Source: Nostoc sp. PA-18-2419
Lineage (GTDB): Bacteria > Cyanobacteriota > Cyanobacteriia > Cyanobacteriales > Nostocaceae
Direction: 5' to 3'
Assembly (NCBI RefSeq): GCF_005869855.1
Contig: NZ_SZNH01000014.1
Span: 109,146-117,461 of the forward strand
DNA length: 8,316 nucleotides
Positions within the stretch are counted from its first letter, which is position 1, and each line of letters opens with the position of its first letter. Below, one piece after another: positions 6,139 through 8,316 of the stretch. Position numbers and translations under genes: made by a program. The notes below the pieces were generated by a model that had not been told where the DNA came from, did no database searches, and saw nothing but the letters and a program-made list of their open reading frames with translations.

Positions 6139-6185
6139 ACTATCAAAGACTTACGGAAAATATAAGATTATATTTTGTATTTATA

Positions 6186-8255
6186 TTGATGAGTAGTAAA
6201 TTTCTGGATGGACGCTACCAAATAATAAAAGTTCTCAATTATCAGGAAAAAATAAAAAACTATCTAGTGGAAGATGTTAATTTTTCTGGTAGTCGATACG
6301 TAGTTAAGCAGTTACGTTCTACTAGTAACAATCCCCAAAATTTAACAATCCTACAGCATTTGTTTACCAGTAAGGTAGCAACTTTAAAAAAATTAGGCCA
6401 GGAACATAGCCAAATTCAGAAGCTAGTTGGCTATTTTGAAGAAAATGAAGAATTTTATCTAGTCCAAGAATTTATTGCCGGTAATCCTTTAACTGACGAA
6501 ATTTTACCAGGACAACCTCTCAGAGAAGACCAAGTAATTAATCTTTTAACAGAAATCTTAGAAATTTTGGTATCTATACATACCTCAGGCGTGATTCATC
6601 AAAATATTAAACCAGCAAATATTATTCGCCGAGAATCAGATAAAAAGTTGGTTTTAGTTGATTTTTCTACTGTTAATGAAGCTATCAATACTGTTGATAA
6701 TACTGAATATCTGCCTGTGGAACAGATGAGCGGTAACCTGAAGTACAACAGTGATATTTATGCTTTAGGTATAGTTGCGATCGCTGCACTTTTGGGTTTA
6801 ACAACAAACGAAATATCTAATTTGCGAAGCCAGAAAAATCGGCTAACAGGTGAAATTATTTGGCCAAATAAAAATTTAAAAATTAATATAAAATTAGCAA
6901 AAATTATCAATAAAATGGTACGCATTGATTATCGAAAGCGTTACCAATATGCAACTGAAGTTTTAGATGATTTGAAAAATTTAACAAATCTTGAGTATCA
7001 GCAAAAGCAGCATCAAAAAAAAATATTCATAGTGATGGCAGGGATAACTGGTTGTATTACACTTGCTGTTGCTGCGTGGTTTTTCCAGTTATCAAAATTT
7101 GAAAATAATCCTCAAAAAGAATTGTATCAAGAAGGACTAAATAAATATGATGAAGGAAATTATGAAGGAGCAGTTAAAGATTTTAATCAACTGATTGAAT
7201 TAGAACCGCAAAATGCTTTGGCTTACAATAAGCGAGGCGATGCTTATTATCGATTAGGAGACTATGAACAAGCACAAGCAGACTCTAGTCAAGCAATTTT
7301 GCTCAATCCTCAAGATGCTAATGCTTATTATGACCGAGGATTTGCTTTGTATGAATTAGCCAAATATAAAGAAGCGATCGCTGACTATACCCAAGCGATT
7401 AAGTTAAATTCTCAGGATGCATACGCTTATTATGGTCGGGGATTAGCACGCTTTCAGCTTAAGGATCGTAAAGGGGCACTAGGAGATTTTACTAAAGCGA
7501 TCGCCATCAAACCTGAATATACGGATGCCTATTTACAACGTGGTATTCTCCGCCGTCGCCTCCAACTCAAGCAAGCAGCAATCCAAGATTTTGATGCCAT
7601 AATTAAGATTAATCCTAGTGATGCCAGAGCCTATTATCAAAGGGGTCTAACTCAAGTTATTAATAAGCAAAAATATGCAGCACTGCAAGATTATTCAAAT
7701 GCAATTAATATCAATCCCAAATATATAGAAGCTTATTTAACTCGTGGTGATATTTACAGTGACTTAGGAAACAAAATAGAAGCTACTGAAGATTACAATA
7801 CTATTTTAAAGCTCGATCCAAAATTTATTGATGCTTACATTCACCGAGGTATTCACTACTTTTCGTTTGGAGATTATAAAGGTGCTATTGAAGATTACAC
7901 TGAAGCAATAAAACTAAATCCTAATGATGCAGCAACTTATAATAATCGTGGTAACGCCTATCTCGAACTCGGAAATAAAAAAGCTGCAAATCAGGATTAT
8001 TCCCAAGCGATCGCCATTGATAAAAACTATGCCTTAGCCTATTATAATCGGGGTGTAATTCGCGCCAAGCAGAAAAATAAACAGGGAGCGATCGCAGATT
8101 TTCAAAAAGCTGCAAAATTATTCCAACAGCAAGGAGAAAAAGATAGTTATCAAGATACCTATAGAGAAATTGCAATTTTGCAAAATAAGTCTGCACTAAC
8201 AACAACTACTCGTCCTAAGTCTGGAAAAAGAGAAAAAAAAGGAACTAGGGACTAG
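6186..8255 (+). CDS. Hanks-type Ser/Thr kinase-like protein (degenerate catalytic motifs, predicted pseudokinase) with a single TM helix and 10 C-terminal TPR repeats
   Basis: The kinase fold is recognisable over aa 8-265: VVKQL (VAIK Lys41), YLVQEFIAGNPL (hinge), GVIHQNIKPANI (catalytic loop), VDFS (DFG position), DIYALGIVAIAALLG (subdomain IX) and DYRKRY (subdomain XI Arg). The hydrophobic segment IFIVMAGITGCITLAVAAWFF (aa 280-300, nt 7023-7085) is a predicted TM helix. It is followed by ten 34-aa TPRs (nt about 7122-8150) with the classic A-Y-x-x-R-G ... A-I-x-D-Y-x-x-A-I-x-L-N-P pattern. The likely true start is ATG at 6189, because the track start at 6186 is TTG. Confidence 0.85.
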   Translation: MMSSKFLDGRYQIIKVLNYQEKIKNYLVEDVNFSGSRYVVKQLRSTSNNPQNLTILQHLFTSKVATLKKLGQEHSQIQKLVGYFEENEEFYLVQEFIAGNPLTDEILPGQPLREDQVINLLTEILEILVSIHTSGVIHQNIKPANIIRRESDKKLVLVDFSTVNEAINTVDNTEYLPVEQMSGNLKYNSDIYALGIVAIAALLGLTTNEISNLRSQKNRLTGEIIWPNKNLKINIKLAKIINKMVRIDYRKRYQYATEVLDDLKNLTNLEYQQKQHQKKIFIVMAGITGCITLAVAAWFFQLSKFENNPQKELYQEGLNKYDEGNYEGAVKDFNQLIELEPQNALAYNKRGDAYYRLGDYEQAQADSSQAILLNPQDANAYYDRGFALYELAKYKEAIADYTQAIKLNSQDAYAYYGRGLARFQLKDRKGALGDFTKAIAIKPEYTDAYLQRGILRRRLQLKQAAIQDFDAIIKINPSDARAYYQRGLTQVINKQKYAALQDYSNAININPKYIEAYLTRGDIYSDLGNKIEATEDYNTILKLDPKFIDAYIHRGIHYFSFGDYKGAIEDYTEAIKLNPNDAATYNNRGNAYLELGNKKAANQDYSQAIAIDKNYALAYYNRGVIRAKQKNKQGAIADFQKAAKLFQQQGEKDSYQDTYREIAILQNKSALTTTTRPKSGKREKKGTRD

Positions 8256-8267
8256 TACCACAAGGGG

Positions 8268-8288
8268 TAATTCGTAATTGATAATTAT
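8268..8288. repeat. STRR-like heptanucleotide tandem repeat (3 imperfect copies)
   Basis: TAATTCG TAATTGA TAATTAT lies directly after the kinase-like gene stop. Short tandemly repeated heptamers in intergenic DNA are a known feature of heterocystous cyanobacteria. There are only three degenerate copies here. Confidence 0.4.
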
Positions 8289-8316
8289 AGGCGTAGTCAT
8301 ACTCTTTAGGACATAT

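Noticed and set aside
7921-8205. Minus-strand ORF of 94 aa inside the TPR region of the kinase-like gene
   Set aside because: This is an antisense shadow ORF, and the sense frame has a perfect TPR periodicity.

Overview
This is an 8.3-kb chromosomal segment that looks like a filamentous (Nostocales-type) cyanobacterium. The evidence is 11 perfect HIP1 octamers (GCGATCGC), an STRR-like heptamer repeat at the 3' end, and an aspartate kinase with the cyanobacterial duplicated-ACT architecture. Left to right, the window holds: (1) the 3' 2.5 kb of a STAND/NB-ARC NTPase fused to about 12 near-identical 42-residue TPR units, an NLR-like sensor whose P-loop and N-terminal effector lie upstream of the window; (2) a 313-bp non-coding tandem-repeat array with 21/63/125-bp nested periodicity; (3) a minus-strand hicB-hicA-type toxin-antitoxin pair in which the toxin appears frameshifted; (4) housekeeping aspartate kinase (lysC); (5) a 500-bp spacer with three hairpins, one of which is an orphan minus-strand terminator behind a small ORF; (6) a Hanks-type kinase-like protein with a single TM and ten 34-residue TPRs, whose catalytic motifs are degenerate (predicted pseudokinase). 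I found no tRNA, rRNA, CRISPR array or transposase. The most interesting candidates are the NLR-like STAND protein with its homogenised, position-specifically variable repeats, the unexplained intergenic repeat array next to it, and the TPR pseudokinase. All functional calls rest on motif recognition by eye, since no database search was possible.
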